From Amoebidium appalachense (taxonomy: Eukaryota > Protista > Ichthyosporea), in the NCBI GenBank assembly GCA_963693365.1, contig CAVNZM010000009.1, positions 762,963-826,962 of the forward strand: a stretch of DNA of 64,000 bases, written 5' to 3'. The position numbers and the translations under genes are program-made. Below the pieces are notes generated by a model. The model was not told the origin of the DNA. It made no database searches and was given only the letters and a program-made list of their open reading frames with translations. Shown piece by piece: positions 34,488 to 58,078 of the stretch; position 1 is the first letter of the stretch; each line of letters opens with the position of its first letter.

Positions 34488-35338
34488 GAGGGAACGCCAT
34501 GGGCATGGGCGGAGAAAAAACATGCCAGATACAAACCTATTTGGCAACTCATGGCGGCCGGAAGTGCGTGTGTGTGTGCGGCCGCGCGCGCGCGTGTTTG
34601 TTTTTTTTTTTTGTTTTTTTTGTTTGTTTTTTTTTGTGGTGGCAGTGTTGCCTGAAGGTGCCACGATATAACAACACCATCAATGGTATTTTTAGGCCGC
34701 CTTGCCATGGCTGAACAATTGTCCATGCAATCACATCTCAGAGATAGTTCTATATTTTGCAAAAGGTGGTTGCGTTGATAATATACAGTTGGGTGCAAAC
34801 CCAGGGCATACCACATGTGCCGGGCCAAGCGGCTGCAATGAAATCTGCACAGCAGCTAAGCTATTATTATACATACTAGTAGAAGTACTAAATACTAACC
34901 ATTATACAAAAAGATACTGGTTGGGTTTAGGAATTGAAGCAATCAACACATGGCTCTCATGGCCAGCCCTGTCACCAGATTTCCACCCCTATTCTGCTCC
35001 GGCTGGTACCCACCTCATCCACAAAACGTGCGCGTGTAAAAGAGAATGGTCATACACCCCCCCCCTCCCTCGTCCTTCCACCCCACTTCCCACAGCTGCA
35101 TCCCACTCCGTTCCTTTTCCCTGTGTCCCTTGTGCTTCCCCTGAGACTCCTCTCTTATAAAACCACCACATGAACATTAGACTCCAACTCTTTCCTCTAG
35201 TAACCAATCCTTCATTCCTCAAAGGAGAAATGCAAACAGTCAGGAAGATACGTGCCGGAACAGTACGTGAAGAGACGGTTATATGGTCGTCCCCAGATCG
35301 TTAGAATCAGCCCATCCAAAACTAAACAGACTTTACGA

Positions 35339-36848
35339 TCACGACCCTTGCCCACTAGCCCAGCTGCATGGGCTGTGCCGTGTTGCTCTGTTTCCTCGCC
35401 ACTGTGTGTGTTGGCTCCCAGGACGTGCCGTACTGTTGGGGGCTGCAGCTCGACTCACTGTGTGCACAATGTCAGCCATGACCTACAAAAACAAGGAGGA
35501 GGAAGAAGGTATGACCGTGTCTCGTTTTTCTATAGACAGGTAGGAAGAATGTGTGGACACCACGCAACAATACCTGTAAAGACTCACGGCAAGCATGTGC
35601 AAACGAGCTTTTCGGTTTAGTAAAATCTTATGAGAGCAGCTTTCTTGGTGAGCTCACAAAATGATGCATACACTATCACAAACAGCATGAGTGAGTTTTG
35701 CAAAAAAAATTGCTTAGTACTTTCAGACACACACACACACCTGCTCACAGTAGACGGTGGTGTGAGTGTCTGTGCAACATTCTTCGGAATGGCCAAAGGG
35801 TTGGTGGCAGGCAGCTGTGTATCCACAGTCACGACGTCAATATACGTTTCATCCTCACTCTCACTGGTGTATTGTGTGCATTTCGTCTCTGAAATCACCG
35901 GTGGTGGCGCATATGTGGGAATGGTGGTTGCATATGTGAATGCTGGTGGCGGTTCGACTTTGACTGTCGGTGTGTATGATGGGTCATGTTGTGCAAGTAG
36001 TTGTTCGAGCATTTGTCGTTGGCGCTTGAGAGAGTCTATCTGTGCTGCCTGCTCTGCCTGTGTCTTTTTCAACTTGTCAATGTACTCCGTGGCCGATTGA
36101 AGTGTGCCGATGGTCGAGCACCGCTGGTCGCTGATGTCAGGTATTACATGTTTTAACCTATTAAAGCAAGCCTTCATATACGCCCTCCTGTTCTTCTCGA
36201 GCGTGTTGTGTGTTTCTCGATGCTTCTGTGTCCTTCTATGACTCGTGCTAGTGCTACTTGCCATGCCCCCGAGATGGTCGTTATTTGGCGAGGAGTCATA
36301 TTCGGGTTCTTCCTTGATGGAATCACCAAGAGTACTGTGTGCACCCCAACTAAAACTGTGGCTGTATGGCGTAAAGGTGGGTGTTGTGTCCCTGGCAACG
36401 GTCGTGACACCCCCTTGCGCCTTGCTTGCGCATGCTGGGGGAGTGAAAAGAGGTGAGTCACTGGACTGTTCGAAGGGGAGAAGTAAATGGAGATAGATGG
36501 GACGGGGAAACGCCGTGAAGAGTGTCAAAGGACATGGCACGGGTTGTTGGGGGTAGGGAGAAGGGGAAGGGGGGGAGGGTGGGGGGGGGGGGGGGGAGGG
36601 GGGGGGGGGGGGGCAATGGGGACACCTGGGTGGATCGTTGGGTAGCTTGGTGATAAGGGAAGGAAAGGGTTCGTTCCTCTTAAGCTAACAACTGCCACAT
36701 GCACGTGTCTTTGCTTAACCAGACCCAGCGACGTTACCAGAAAGGAGTGGTGCGTGTTTCAGACAATCATTAAGGTTGTGGGGGGCTCACCCTCTTCTCT
36801 TTCCAGATACTCGGCCGCAAGAAGGAGTCCTTCGAGCGCTGACGCCAT
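35339..36848 (-). CDS. MNT/MXD: Mnt/Mxd(Mad)-family bHLH-ZIP repressor; exon 1 36791-36848, exon 2 ~35749-36434, last exon from 35482 (end uncertain)
   Basis: SID-like MASALEGLLLAAEYLERE; bHLH-ZIP RETHNTLEKNRRAYMKACFNRLKHVIP...LQSATEYIDKL...IDSLKRQRQMLEQLL; acidic SESEDETYIDVV. Confidence 0.9.
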
Positions 36849-38507
36849 GTTTCGCACGCCCTGAGAGAAAACTGGCGATAGAGCAGGGAATGTAAAGAAA
36901 AAAAGAGTGTGCTTGAAAGCCTTTACGCTACACTTCACGGGTTTGCATGTCGGCTTAGGTAGAGACGTAACGGAGTACTACCATTGCATATAGCCCTTAG
37001 TGAAGGCAGGTGATGAAATGCGAAGAAGGTGCTAATTTCAAATTACAAAAGCCTCCACACCCTTCACCAAGCGCCACCGTATACACAATAAAGAACACCA
37101 ACCCAAACTTTTCTAAAACAGGCACACGTATGTGCCACGTATACAACACACAAGGATGCAGGTGAACTTACTCTGTGCAGTATGTGACTCTGCCCTTTCC
37201 CCGTTTTTTCTCGCCACGGCCGGTCGCGTGTGCACTGCGCCCACGCGCAGCCGTTGGGTCGTTGCGGGTCAAGTTGCGGCCAGTGCATAGTTTCCTAGAG
37301 CAGGTTTGCAAAAACACCACTTAGACTTTTGCTCAAATCAACAACTTAAAACCAGGACTTTGGTTCGGCATAAATTCATAGATACAAGAGATTTTTTCTT
37401 GTATATGCGTCTTTTATATACCAATAAATGTAGCTCATTTTTCTGTTATTGATTTCTTCCATATATCAATATTTATGTTCCTGCTGTTCTGAGCTGTTAA
37501 GAATTTGATTTATATGGAAGTGATAAAGGATTTGTCAAGACCCCATTCATATGACTGCTTGTAGTTTAGGGTGACCTGTGTCGCAAAAAGCAAGATAGGT
37601 ATTTTCAGGATCGATTACCTTCTATCGGATTTCAAAGATAATAATGATGTGTTTGATACGCTTAAATCTCAAATTTAAATTCCCCTATCCTTTCTCTTTG
37701 CTTGAATTCATTTTTAAATGCAAGTCAGGTTCGAAGTAATCTCTCTCCAATATTCTGAATCTTGTCGACAAATCGACTCACTATCAACGCATCCATATGT
37801 GGCACTATGGGCTCGTGACACTCATCGAATCAGATATTGCTACCGTGTTTCATGTTTTTCAAACTTTCACATTTCATGTCCCCTGTAGAGTCATTTCAGT
37901 AGCTCCGATCGATATCTTTTTTTTCTTTTGACTGGATTTTTTCGACGGAAAGATATGCAAGTATGCACGGCATACTGAGAAGACAATAAAAACTTCACGA
38001 AATCTCAGTGAGATTGAGCAGGAGTTTATCTCAGAGTGAGTTCAAGGGGGCTTTGAAATTTTCTTTTCACAGCTACAAATTAAGCATTTATCTTGCGGCA
38101 CATTATATTATAACTAGCTAAAAATCATGTAATGGCCACGTTCGACAAGTAATGGGATAACCTGGGATGATATCTGAAAATTCAGTCTTGAGGCATATAA
38201 CGAAATAGATTCACATGTCCCACACTCCCGTACCAGTGAGCATATGACTAATACGGGTCACAATATGGCGTCACCGACTCACCGTGGCTCGTCAAAGATC
38301 GTGGCTCACGCGATCCCAAGCACTGGTATTCCGCATGGCTCTTTCCGTGTCACACTTGATTGGCTGTCAATGCGGAAAAAGCAGTTTTGCGCAACAGCCT
38401 ACTGCCTGGCAACGGTGGCTCACCGTGGCTGCCTACAAATAGTGCGGTGTGTGCAGGTGGCCCAGTATGGTGGTGGTGGTGGTGGTGGTGGTGGGGTGTG
38501 TGTGTGT

Positions 38508-38551
<44 letters not shown>

Positions 38552-38879
38552 GGGGGGAGGGGGAGGGGGAGGGGGGGGAGGGGGGAGGGGGGGGGAGGGG
38601 AGCCTCGGGAGGAGGTTGCTCAAGGGACCTGCCATTGAATTGGTGTTGTTCCCGTGGAGGGGACGGCTTCACTCAGTGAAATATCTAGAAGGCGTGTGTT
38701 CTAGAAAGAATATATTGGTTTTTGTGCGCACCTATGCCGCCTACCGAAACAGAATATGGGCTGGGGAGGGAGGACGGGGAGGAGGGGGAATGGGGGGCTT
38801 ATGGGAGGGACCAGGCCCACAACGTCCTGAGCAATCGTCACCCAAACACCCCCACGGCACAGCACCAACACACGGCAGC

Positions 38880-39399
38880 CACGGTGGTAGACCAATGTGC
38901 ATGGATAAACTGGATAGGAGGCAACGGTGACCCACCAGACACCGAGGACATCAAGTGGGTTGAACGAGGGTTCTGCCCACGATCGGTGGGCCCACTACTA
39001 GCAGCCACCGGAACCACCAAGACCACCACCCGGGCCATCTTAGGAAAAATCACAGTAGAGTTGCAGTCTTTTTTCTTTTCAAAAATATGGCACCCACGGA
39101 ACATTACACTACCCCCCACTCACCCCAAAATGCTAAAACACCACCATACAACCAGCACCCGTAGAAAGAAAAGCACGGCACCCCAAAAACCCAAGACACA
39201 CACAAATACACCCCCCACACACACCCGGCCTGCCTGCCCTGACTGCCGGACCACACACAGACCCAATGTGCCTTGCAAAACCCACCTTTTAGTTCACAAA
39301 AACATTGCCTTAAGATACGTACAACAACACATAATGTTAGGTAGCAACCCCCCACCACCACCATCACCACACCCCATCATCCACCCATACCCACCGTAA
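38880..39399 (+). mobile_element. Possible 3' fragment of a non-LTR retrotransposon ORF2
   Basis: RGFCPRSV..LL.......ILGKI....FFFSKIWHPRN followed by CPDC...H.....C resembles, from memory, C-terminal regions of LINE-type ORF2. No reverse transcriptase motif is present. Confidence 0.35.
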
Positions 39400-40369
39400 A
39401 TACTATACACAACACTTAGGACTTCACAATACTGTAGATCGACCAATGAGAGCCTTCGGTTAACGTTTATTGCTAGGCTTTGAATGGAGGGGAGGACTGT
39501 AGCCTCCTGCCGGCGTGGCTGGGGTAGTAGCCCTGGGCAAAGTGTGTACTTATAGTTAGGTTGTGAAGGATGGTTTAGCTTAGCTGAACTCATAGATAGC
39601 ACCTTAACTACGGTACTGTCGGTGCTGTTTGGTAGACGGTAGTTTCCCTAGAGGGCCTGGAGATGCTCTCCGGGAACAAAACGTGATAAAATAAAATAAA
39701 ATAAAAAATAAAAAATAAAAAATCACTGCGACTCTGCCTTTCATTGGGCTGCAGTCGACCTGTTGATGTTGACTCCAGGGAGGTCTGCTTTACCCATTCG
39801 CAAAACATGAAGGCTGTCGCAGTCAGACGTGAGAGTCTCCACGAGGGCGGCAGCCCATCCAAATTCACGGTGTTACTGCATATGCATTGAGTCCGAGTAA
39901 ATGTGCCTTGGATGGCTGAAAACTTCGACGAGATAAATTTAAAGACTGTCCCCAGTTTTCTCCCTAAATTTGGGGTCCGTTTCGTCACAATGAACAGGCC
40001 TCTGTCTTTCCATGCCTTAGAGAACCTGGGGAGCGCAGCGAAGGAAGGCGGGGAGGGGGGGGGGGAGGGGGATGTTTTCCTCCTGGTCTTCCCAAGCCCC
40101 CGGGGCTTGGTCCGGCCCTACCCAACCAAAATACTACCAAATCCTCCAAAAAGAACCAATTGAAGATTAAGTTACGTGCAGCCTAGAGACACATGTGTCC
40201 TTTGCCGGCAAGAAGCACATCCCCACACTGGCAGGCTAGACACACATATCTGCATCAAAGATGATTGTTTACCCACTCAACTTGACCATTCCTGAGTTAT
40301 CATAATTTAACATGTCCGATGATTTCGGCTGTGAAACCTGGTCCAATCCCCTTCCCCTCCCCTCCCTCC

Positions 40370-40401
<32 letters not shown>

Positions 40402-41365
40402 AAAAAAAAAAAAAAAACCTGTGTTGTTCAATCCCTTCCTCCCTCCCTTGCCCCCCACACACCCACCTACCCACACAATTGCATATGTACCAGTGATACG
40501 GTGTGCGTGCATCACTGGCAGTTAGTTGTACAGTGTCTCAAGGATTTTGGTGGTGGAACGCAAGAGCGTTAATAGTGGAATTTTACTATTGTGTTGCTAA
40601 AGGCTTCGGTTTCAACTTACAGTTATCACATGCATGCCAGTATTGGACGTTGAACATATGGCAACAACTACTTGCAAGACTTATGTTTGATGCATTACGC
40701 CTGCGTTGGCCTGGCTAAGGCTTGTGTATGCACTGTGTTTTCACTACTGTGTCTGTGTGTTACAGTAAGTGCAGGTGAATAATTGGCCAATTGCAACACG
40801 CATATAAATGCTGGAACACGGGGCGACCTCTCGTGTGTAAGAGTATATGCAGTACAACTGCATGGTTGAAGCATGTAATGCTAATGGCTACTTATAACAC
40901 CTAACACATAATAATGGCTCAACTTTTAAACAACCAATAATTTTTTTGAACTACGGTGAAACAAAACATAAAATAACAAAACTTAATGAATATAACCTGA
41001 CATATTTCTCAACCCGCATGCAGTAACATAAATCTGTGTATCACAGAGTGCTATTCGTTTCTGTACAGTTGCATTCAGCCGTGTCCACACGGCACACCAT
41101 CTAAGCAGTATTTGGAAGAGACGACTGTCCTTCCGTCAACCTTTCAGAAGGATAACTCATTGCCAGATATGAGCCAAGCTTTCGATACTGATATCTGCCC
41201 CCCCCCCCCCTCCCCCCCCCCCCCCCTCTCCCCCCCCCCCCCCCCCCCCCCCTCTCCCTCTCCCCCCCGTCCGCAACCACCACCGCCGTCACCATTCACA
41301 TCCACCCCAGGGCCACACGCACACAAACACACGCGCACGCAGCCAACCCCCCCCCGCCCACATAC

Positions 41366-41416
<51 letters not shown>

Positions 41417-41627
41417 TGACAGACAAACATACACACCAGCATACACCACTACACACAACCACACTCACCTACCCATCCACCCACCGACCCACGCACATAA
41501 GAACATTCCTATCTCATCAATCGTTTGCCAAGTCTAGAACCGTACTCTGACGTGTAAACCGCCACATTTCTTTGCAAAACAATAACTGTTACATTCGAGA
41601 CACTCACAGCGCTACCAATGTTTTGAT

Positions 41628-51610
<9,983 letters not shown>

Positions 51611-53717
51611 TTTTTTGGGCTATTTTCAGCACTATGCTTGTGTATACTTGGTATTTAACCCGTCCGTATAGACCACAGGTTTACTTTCTGAGATCCTTAC
51701 AATTCCAGGCACCCTGGGTAGATCTGCAAAAAGACCAAAGATCTTATAGGAATCTGGCTACTTATTGCGTCAATGGGTTCCATAAAATGGTATGATAAAT
51801 TATGAATTCACAGTTATTGAATTCTTCTGTAATTAATATCTTCGTCTTTGAAATGCTCCTTTTGCATGATTTAGAAAAATCCTTTCGATGTCGCCTTGAA
51901 AAGATCCAGGTCAACTCGAGTCTGAGCTAGGCTTGAGATCTAACGACCCTACAATAATGTTTCTCAGTGCTTCCAGTTAAAAACACTACGCACTATAACT
52001 TCGGCTTCCGGTTTCTCACGCACTCTCTTACTCGCACACTTTTTCGTTTTTCTCTTTCCGTTCAACGGGACAGAACACAACCAAACAATCACATCACACC
52101 GAACAGAACACAGCACGGTTTGCTGTTGCAGCTGTTCGTTCGCAATTATTGCTGGTGTGCTAAACACGCGTGGTTTTTAACCAATAATTGAGCTCCAAAG
52201 TTTTCAACCAAAAGATGGAGGGGTCTATCGGAACAATACCGGCTTAGTGCACATGTAGATAAATGGCTTTTTCTACACGTCAGCCTCATTTAGGGTTATT
52301 AATTAACCTAAATAGTATAAAATACTTTATTTATTATTTTGAGGTATAATAACTGTGTTTATGGTGATCTAATAGCTTCTCTTGAAAATGCTGGATATAC
52401 TACCTCCTTTTTTATCCAATACCTTTTGAGCACAAGAAACCTTTTAGCGCCGGTGCGCTCTCCCTCCTTCCATATATTGCTATGTGCCGAAGCATGCTAT
52501 TGCCTTAGAAAGTTGCTTGTTAGAGCGAACCAATAGAATCGTTGCTGTGACCGGCTGGTGCCAGTCCACCAATCATCGTTGAGATAAATGGCTGGCATGC
52601 GGTGATTGGTCCAGCCCTCACCCGCAGTCGCGCACCCCCACACAGTGTATCACGTGCCGCGTGCCCACGGCTCCATATCACGGATATCAGTACAGAGCCT
52701 GGAGGCGTGGTGTATATGCGTACACAAACACATGTGTACACGTGTGTATGCGTATATATGTGTGTGTGTGTGTGTGTTGGGGGAGGAGGAGGGAGGGGGG
52801 GATGGGCAGGGAGGGGGGTTGGAGATTCGGCGTTTGTGTATGTATCCGTATCTCTCCAGGGCTGGGAGGAAAATCGATCGCGGCTAGAAGCGGTGTTTTT
52901 CCGTCTCATGGACAGAAAATTTCTCTATTGCGATCGATCGATTCCGCCGCTGGCGGCGGCCCCGGCCCAGCGCTTTTGGCCGAGGATTTTCTGCCAACTT
53001 TGCTTGCGCTTTGCACCTTTTATCCTTACTTTTTCCCAAACAAAAAAAAGCCTTAATTATGCACAATAACCTTGTTTCATGTTATCCTGGCCTCTACACT
53101 TTCGAATGTTGGTGATGAGTGTGGAATGTGGCTTCGAGAAGTCTTCTCTTTTCGCTCCCTCCCTTGCTCCATATTCTCCAGCCCCCCAGGCTGCTTTTTC
53201 TCTCTGGAGGTATTCTAAAGCACCATAAATGCTGCCCACTTGACAAAAAGAAGTTCTTGTTTGAAGTTCTATAGCATATAAACACACATTGTCCATGTGC
53301 CATGCACAGAGACGCTGTTTGTAAGGTCATCTGCTCCTCACTCAGATCTGCCACAGTAGCCCACTATGGTCTGCACATGAGCGAGCAGATGTTGTTTACA
53401 CACGAGCTCAGCCAACCACTACGTGTGTTAGACCTGCGTGAGGTAACAGTAGTCCCACAAATGCTGTTGTTTCATTTCAAGTTGCGAAGTTTATGGCGCT
53501 GAGCAGTTACCAGACCTAGACCTGGCTTACCGTTTCTGCTGCCCCCTTTTTACTTGTTCACATACCAAGCTAGTATGGTGTGCAATGAATAACAAAAGAC
53601 TTTTGAGTGTTATACCCGTGCCATATACTTGAATAGAAGCAAGCACGAAAGGTTCTGGCAACAGCGCTTCGAACAGTGAAGCGAGGAAGCACAGTTGCAG
53701 TTCGACGCACTCCATGG

Positions 53718-53944
53718 CCAACCGCTAACACGCACTGACGTGTTGCCGCACGTGCGACGTTTTAACATCTACAAAAAAAAAAAAAAAAAAAGGAGACACC
53801 GCCTCAGTAGGTGGTTGGGCTACCACCTACTGAGGCGGTGTCTCCTTTTTTTTTTTTTTTTTTTTTTTTTTACTTAAAAGGGACTAAGTAGATGTAAAAA
53901 ACGTCGCACGTGCGGCAACACGTCAGTACGTGTTAGGTGGTTGG
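53718..53944. mobile_element. Nested fold-back element: outer ~55-bp arms enclosing an A19-stem-loop-T25 insert flanked by TAC direct repeats
   Basis: Outer arms 53718-53772 and 53888-53944; inner perfect 24-bp stem ggagacaccgcctcagtaggtggt / accacctactgaggcggtgtctcc. Confidence 0.8.
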
Positions 53945-54032
53945 GCCAACCGCGGCCACAGCGCCAAGTATGATATAAAATCGTTCGATCTGATATAGAG
54001 TGCCAAATTCTAAGTCTAGAAGCGGTGTTTTG

Positions 54033-54230
54033 CCGTCTTCTAGAAATCACGACCAAGCCAATCTTAAGCAGCTCTAAAACCGCTTTTTCATTAGTAAACC
54101 GCGCTTCGTGTATTATAAAAAGTTGGTACAAATATCATAGGCTTTATAGCGACACCTTACTTGTTAGGGGTCTTCTGGCAAAAACGCGATCGAAAAATAA
54201 GAAAACCTAAAATTTTGCTCTAGAAGACGG
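54033..54230. mobile_element. Possible ~200-bp MITE with 12-bp terminal inverted repeats
   Basis: ccgtcttctaga (54033-54044) and tctagaagacgg (54219-54230); no clear TSD. Confidence 0.35.
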
Positions 54231-54423
54231 GTATTTACGTCTTCCGGACCAAGGAGATACATACGGTGGGTCACGTAAGGGGAATCCGGATGCTCTAGCT
54301 AGCTGGGATGGGGCGGGGGGGGGGGGGGGGGGGGGGGGGGGGGCGCGCGGAGGGCGGACAGGCGGTGCACGTGCCACAGTGCTTGCCGTGCTAGCAGTGA
54401 CGTGTGTGTGGTGGTGTGCAAAC

Positions 54424-54455
<32 letters not shown>

Positions 54456-54723
54456 GGGGGGGGGGGAGGGGGGGGGGGGGGGAAGACGGGGAGGGGGGGG
54501 TGAGACTCGTTGCGTGCAACTATTATTAGGGTGTGCTTGAGCTCGTCATAGCGCGTAGTCTATCTAGGCATAGTACTTTAATCCGTGTGTGTGCATGTGT
54601 GTGTGTGGGGGGGGGAGCGGGGGAGGGGGGGGGGAGGGGGGGAGGGGAGGGGGTGGGGGGAGCCTTGGTGACTCGGCAGGGCCGGGGCCGGAGCAGGGGG
54701 GGAGGTGGGAGGGGAAGGGGAGG

Positions 54724-54757
<34 letters not shown>

Positions 54758-54918
54758 GTATGGGTGCACGGTGTAGTCAATAAAAGCCTGATGATCACGA
54801 ATGCATGTGTGAAGGGGAGGGGAGGCGTCAGTATGTATTGCTAAGTCTTGACTGGGTGGATTGGTGCATGCGCAAGTGCAAATGGGGGAGAAGTGCGTGA
54901 ATGAGAGTGTGTGTGTGT

Positions 54919-54950
<32 letters not shown>

Positions 54951-55440
54951 GGGGAGAGGGGAGAGGGGGGAGGGGAGCTGGGAGGGGGGAGGGGAGAGGG
55001 GGGATGGGGGGCGGGGGGGGGGGGGGGGGGGGGGGGGTGGTCGCATGTGTGTGTGTGCTCGTGTGTAGGTGTTTGTGGTGCGCGTGATTGTAGTGGTGGT
55101 GCCAGGGAGGGGAGGGTTGGGAGTAGGGAGGGGGGAGGTAGGCGCATGTGCGCGATGACTTTGTCACATTCAGCTGATAATTATTACACATGTCAGGTAG
55201 GCAGCGAGATTCTGGTGTCCAAGCATCATTTCCATTCGAAAACGGCAACCCTAAAAATATGCAACGATCGTACCTGTCCGAGATATATTTTTATGCTTAG
55301 CTGTGGCGCTTCTATCATTATCAAACGCTTTCACCAGAAATATGTACATATAATTTTCAGCACTCATCAACATGTATGGAGTGGTCTGTACATGCACACT
55401 ATGCCTGGCCCATGTTCTGTCGCATGGTAGAAAGGTATTT

Positions 55441-55590
55441 ACCTAAATAATATATCCTACTACAATTAAAAATATATCCTGATACAATATATTAAACGCA
55501 TGCAACTGGTGCATGACCTAAATAATATATCCTACTACAATTAAAAATATATCCTGATACAATATATTAAACACATGCAACTGGTGCATG
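55441..55590. repeat. 75-bp tandem duplication, AT-rich, one mismatch
   Basis: acctaaataatatatcc...caactggtgcatg at 55441 and 55516. Confidence 0.95.
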
Positions 55591-55611
55591 TGGGATTAGA
55601 CATCCTCAATC

Positions 55612-55655
<44 letters not shown>

Positions 55656-55766
55656 AAAAAAGTGTTCTACAAACACAGTGACACAACCATACTCACCACC
55701 ACCACCACCACCACTACCACCACGAACTGGACTAACGGTGGGTGGCTATTTCAGTTAACGAATCTC

Positions 55767-56405
55767 TCAATCGGCAAAGTCTTCTGGTGATGTTTGATTA
55801 AAGTACACTACCAGACCTGCAAATCTATACGGTACACTGCCACATAATTGGATAGTCCCATTTTGCAGCCCCCCCAACACAGAAATATCCCTCTTCGCAT
55901 TTTGCGCCTCCAATTGGCGGCACACGGGCCTACTATCCCGTCTATCTCCACTATCTACAGGCGAAAAATGGAAATTTGGTGCAAGAACACCCCTAAGTAG
56001 TGCGGGTGACTTTAGCGCAACACGTGACATCTCGTGCCCGTTCAGCAACAAGCACACATTTTCATATATCTCGTCCATGCCTGCATAGTCACTAAACGGC
56101 GCCAAATCAACTGCCTGCAATAAATTTAAACCAACCAATGCCGTAACGTCTTTATGTGAAAGCTCGTTTAACTTCAGTTCAATAGCTGGTGTATCACCGT
56201 CGCACGACGGAAGGGGAATCATCGTTTTGTTTTCCCACCTGGTTAGGTCTTCTGCTTTCCCATCATCCGGGCGTTCGCAATCTTGATTTTCTAGGCAGCG
56301 AATTTCCATGGGACCCCCATCCCCGTATTGGGGTTTTAGGAGAGTGAAGGTGGCTCGGTGGGCGTCCATCGTGAAATTCAACCAGGAATCTGAGGTGTGG
56401 ACTGT

Positions 56406-56459
<54 letters not shown>

Positions 56460-56491
56460 GTGCGTGCGCGCGTGCGTGCGTGCGTGCGTGC

Positions 56492-56525
<34 letters not shown>

Positions 56526-57091
56526 CAGTAGCCATCGGATGCACACATAGGTGGGTGTTAAGATAGTGTCCGGCGGGTTCCGGGAGCAGGAGGAGGGGGG
56601 GGGGAAGGGGGGGGGGTAGAGGAGTTGAAGCAAAAGACAACCAGAGATTTTATCAAAAGCAACAGGACGGACGTTTAAGGATGGGAGTGCCGGAGGGAGG
56701 GAGAGAGTGAGAAGGGAGGGGAGGGGGGAGGGGGGGGAGGGAGAGGGGGGGGGGGGGAGGGGGGAGGGGGGAAGAGGGGGGGAGGGGAAGAGGGCTGGGA
56801 GTAGGAAAAGAGTGTGAAACGATACATGAAATTCCGAGGAAAAGAGGCCAATCCAACAATGTGGAAAGCCATATAACACCTAGAGTTTGGGGCGGGGGAG
56901 GGAGGGGGGGGGGGAGGGGGGAGGGGGGGGGGGGGGGAAGGGATGAAAGTTGACCTCCAAGGTGAACATTCGAATCAGCATGGATGCCGTGTTTACACAT
57001 AAAACAAAACGCAAATGATCGTGCAATCCCACAACCACATCAACGTTCCTACCCACCACCGCAGCAACAAAATCTCAACATACCTCACCAA

Positions 57092-57145
<54 letters not shown>

Positions 57146-57871
57146 TTTCCCCTTCCCTCACCCGCCCACCCAAATCCATGTGGCCCCGTTCTCTCACCCC
57201 AACCGTCTTTCATTTTCAGGCTGTTTGTCTATGGGGCTCATAATTCCACGTTCTTATACATCAAACGAACCCCCTCCCCCCCCCCCCCCCCCCCCCCCCG
57301 TTCCACCAAGTCCTCTATCCCATCCCCCCCCAACCGCACCATCATCACACACAATACCAGCACCACAAGCGCCCCAAGCCTACCCAAGACATCCAAATCC
57401 CGTCCCTCACTCCTCCAAAATAGTCCTATCTCTGAAGCCCCTCGCCATTTCTCACAATCCCAATACCAAACCTATCCTCCTTCCACTAAGCAAGAATGCA
57501 TTCCTCTCTCCCCCCTCCACCCCCATTGAACCCATTCCTCCCATCTTCTCTCCCCCCCCCTCCCCCCCCCCTCCCCCAATCCCCCCCCCCCCCCCCCCCC
57601 CCCCCCCCGGCGCCCGGTCTCACCCCCCAGGCCTACTTTGCCCGTCACGCACATACATACACGCAACACATAACTCTGCTGATTTCAAAGTCATCCACAA
57701 TGTTCTTTCTTCCCACATGCTCCCACACTCCCAATCCTCATCCCGTCTCAATCGTTTGTAGCCCAAACATTAAACATGTCCCAACAGCCAAAAGGGAATC
57801 ATTCACCAACAACATAAGCATCAAACACACACACGAACACTGGAATATGGCATTGGAAGGGGGGCGCCGGG

Positions 57872-57919
<48 letters not shown>

Positions 57920-58047
57920 GAGGTGATAGTGGGGGGAGGGGCGGCTAGAATGCGTAACACGATACAAAGTAAAACTAATCAATGAGAAGCACGGTGCAGG
58001 AAGATGTAAGAGCAAACATGTAAGTATGCGATTTTTTTTTTTTTTTT

Positions 58048-58078
<31 letters not shown>

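Noticed and set aside
36702-36707. E-box CACGTG in Mnt intron 1 suggesting autoregulation, plus E-box clusters at 15913-16120
   Set aside because: CACGTG arises constantly at CA/GT repeat junctions in this window, so it is not informative.
37300-38240. AT-rich, repeat-free block as a foreign or viral insertion
   Set aside because: No substantial ORF or terminal repeats; similar AT-rich blocks precede other genes (5280-5660, 51660-52500, 60900-61300) and are probably promoter/intergenic DNA.
53057-53502. Short complex ORFs on both strands
   Set aside because: No recognisable motif and no consistent splice model.
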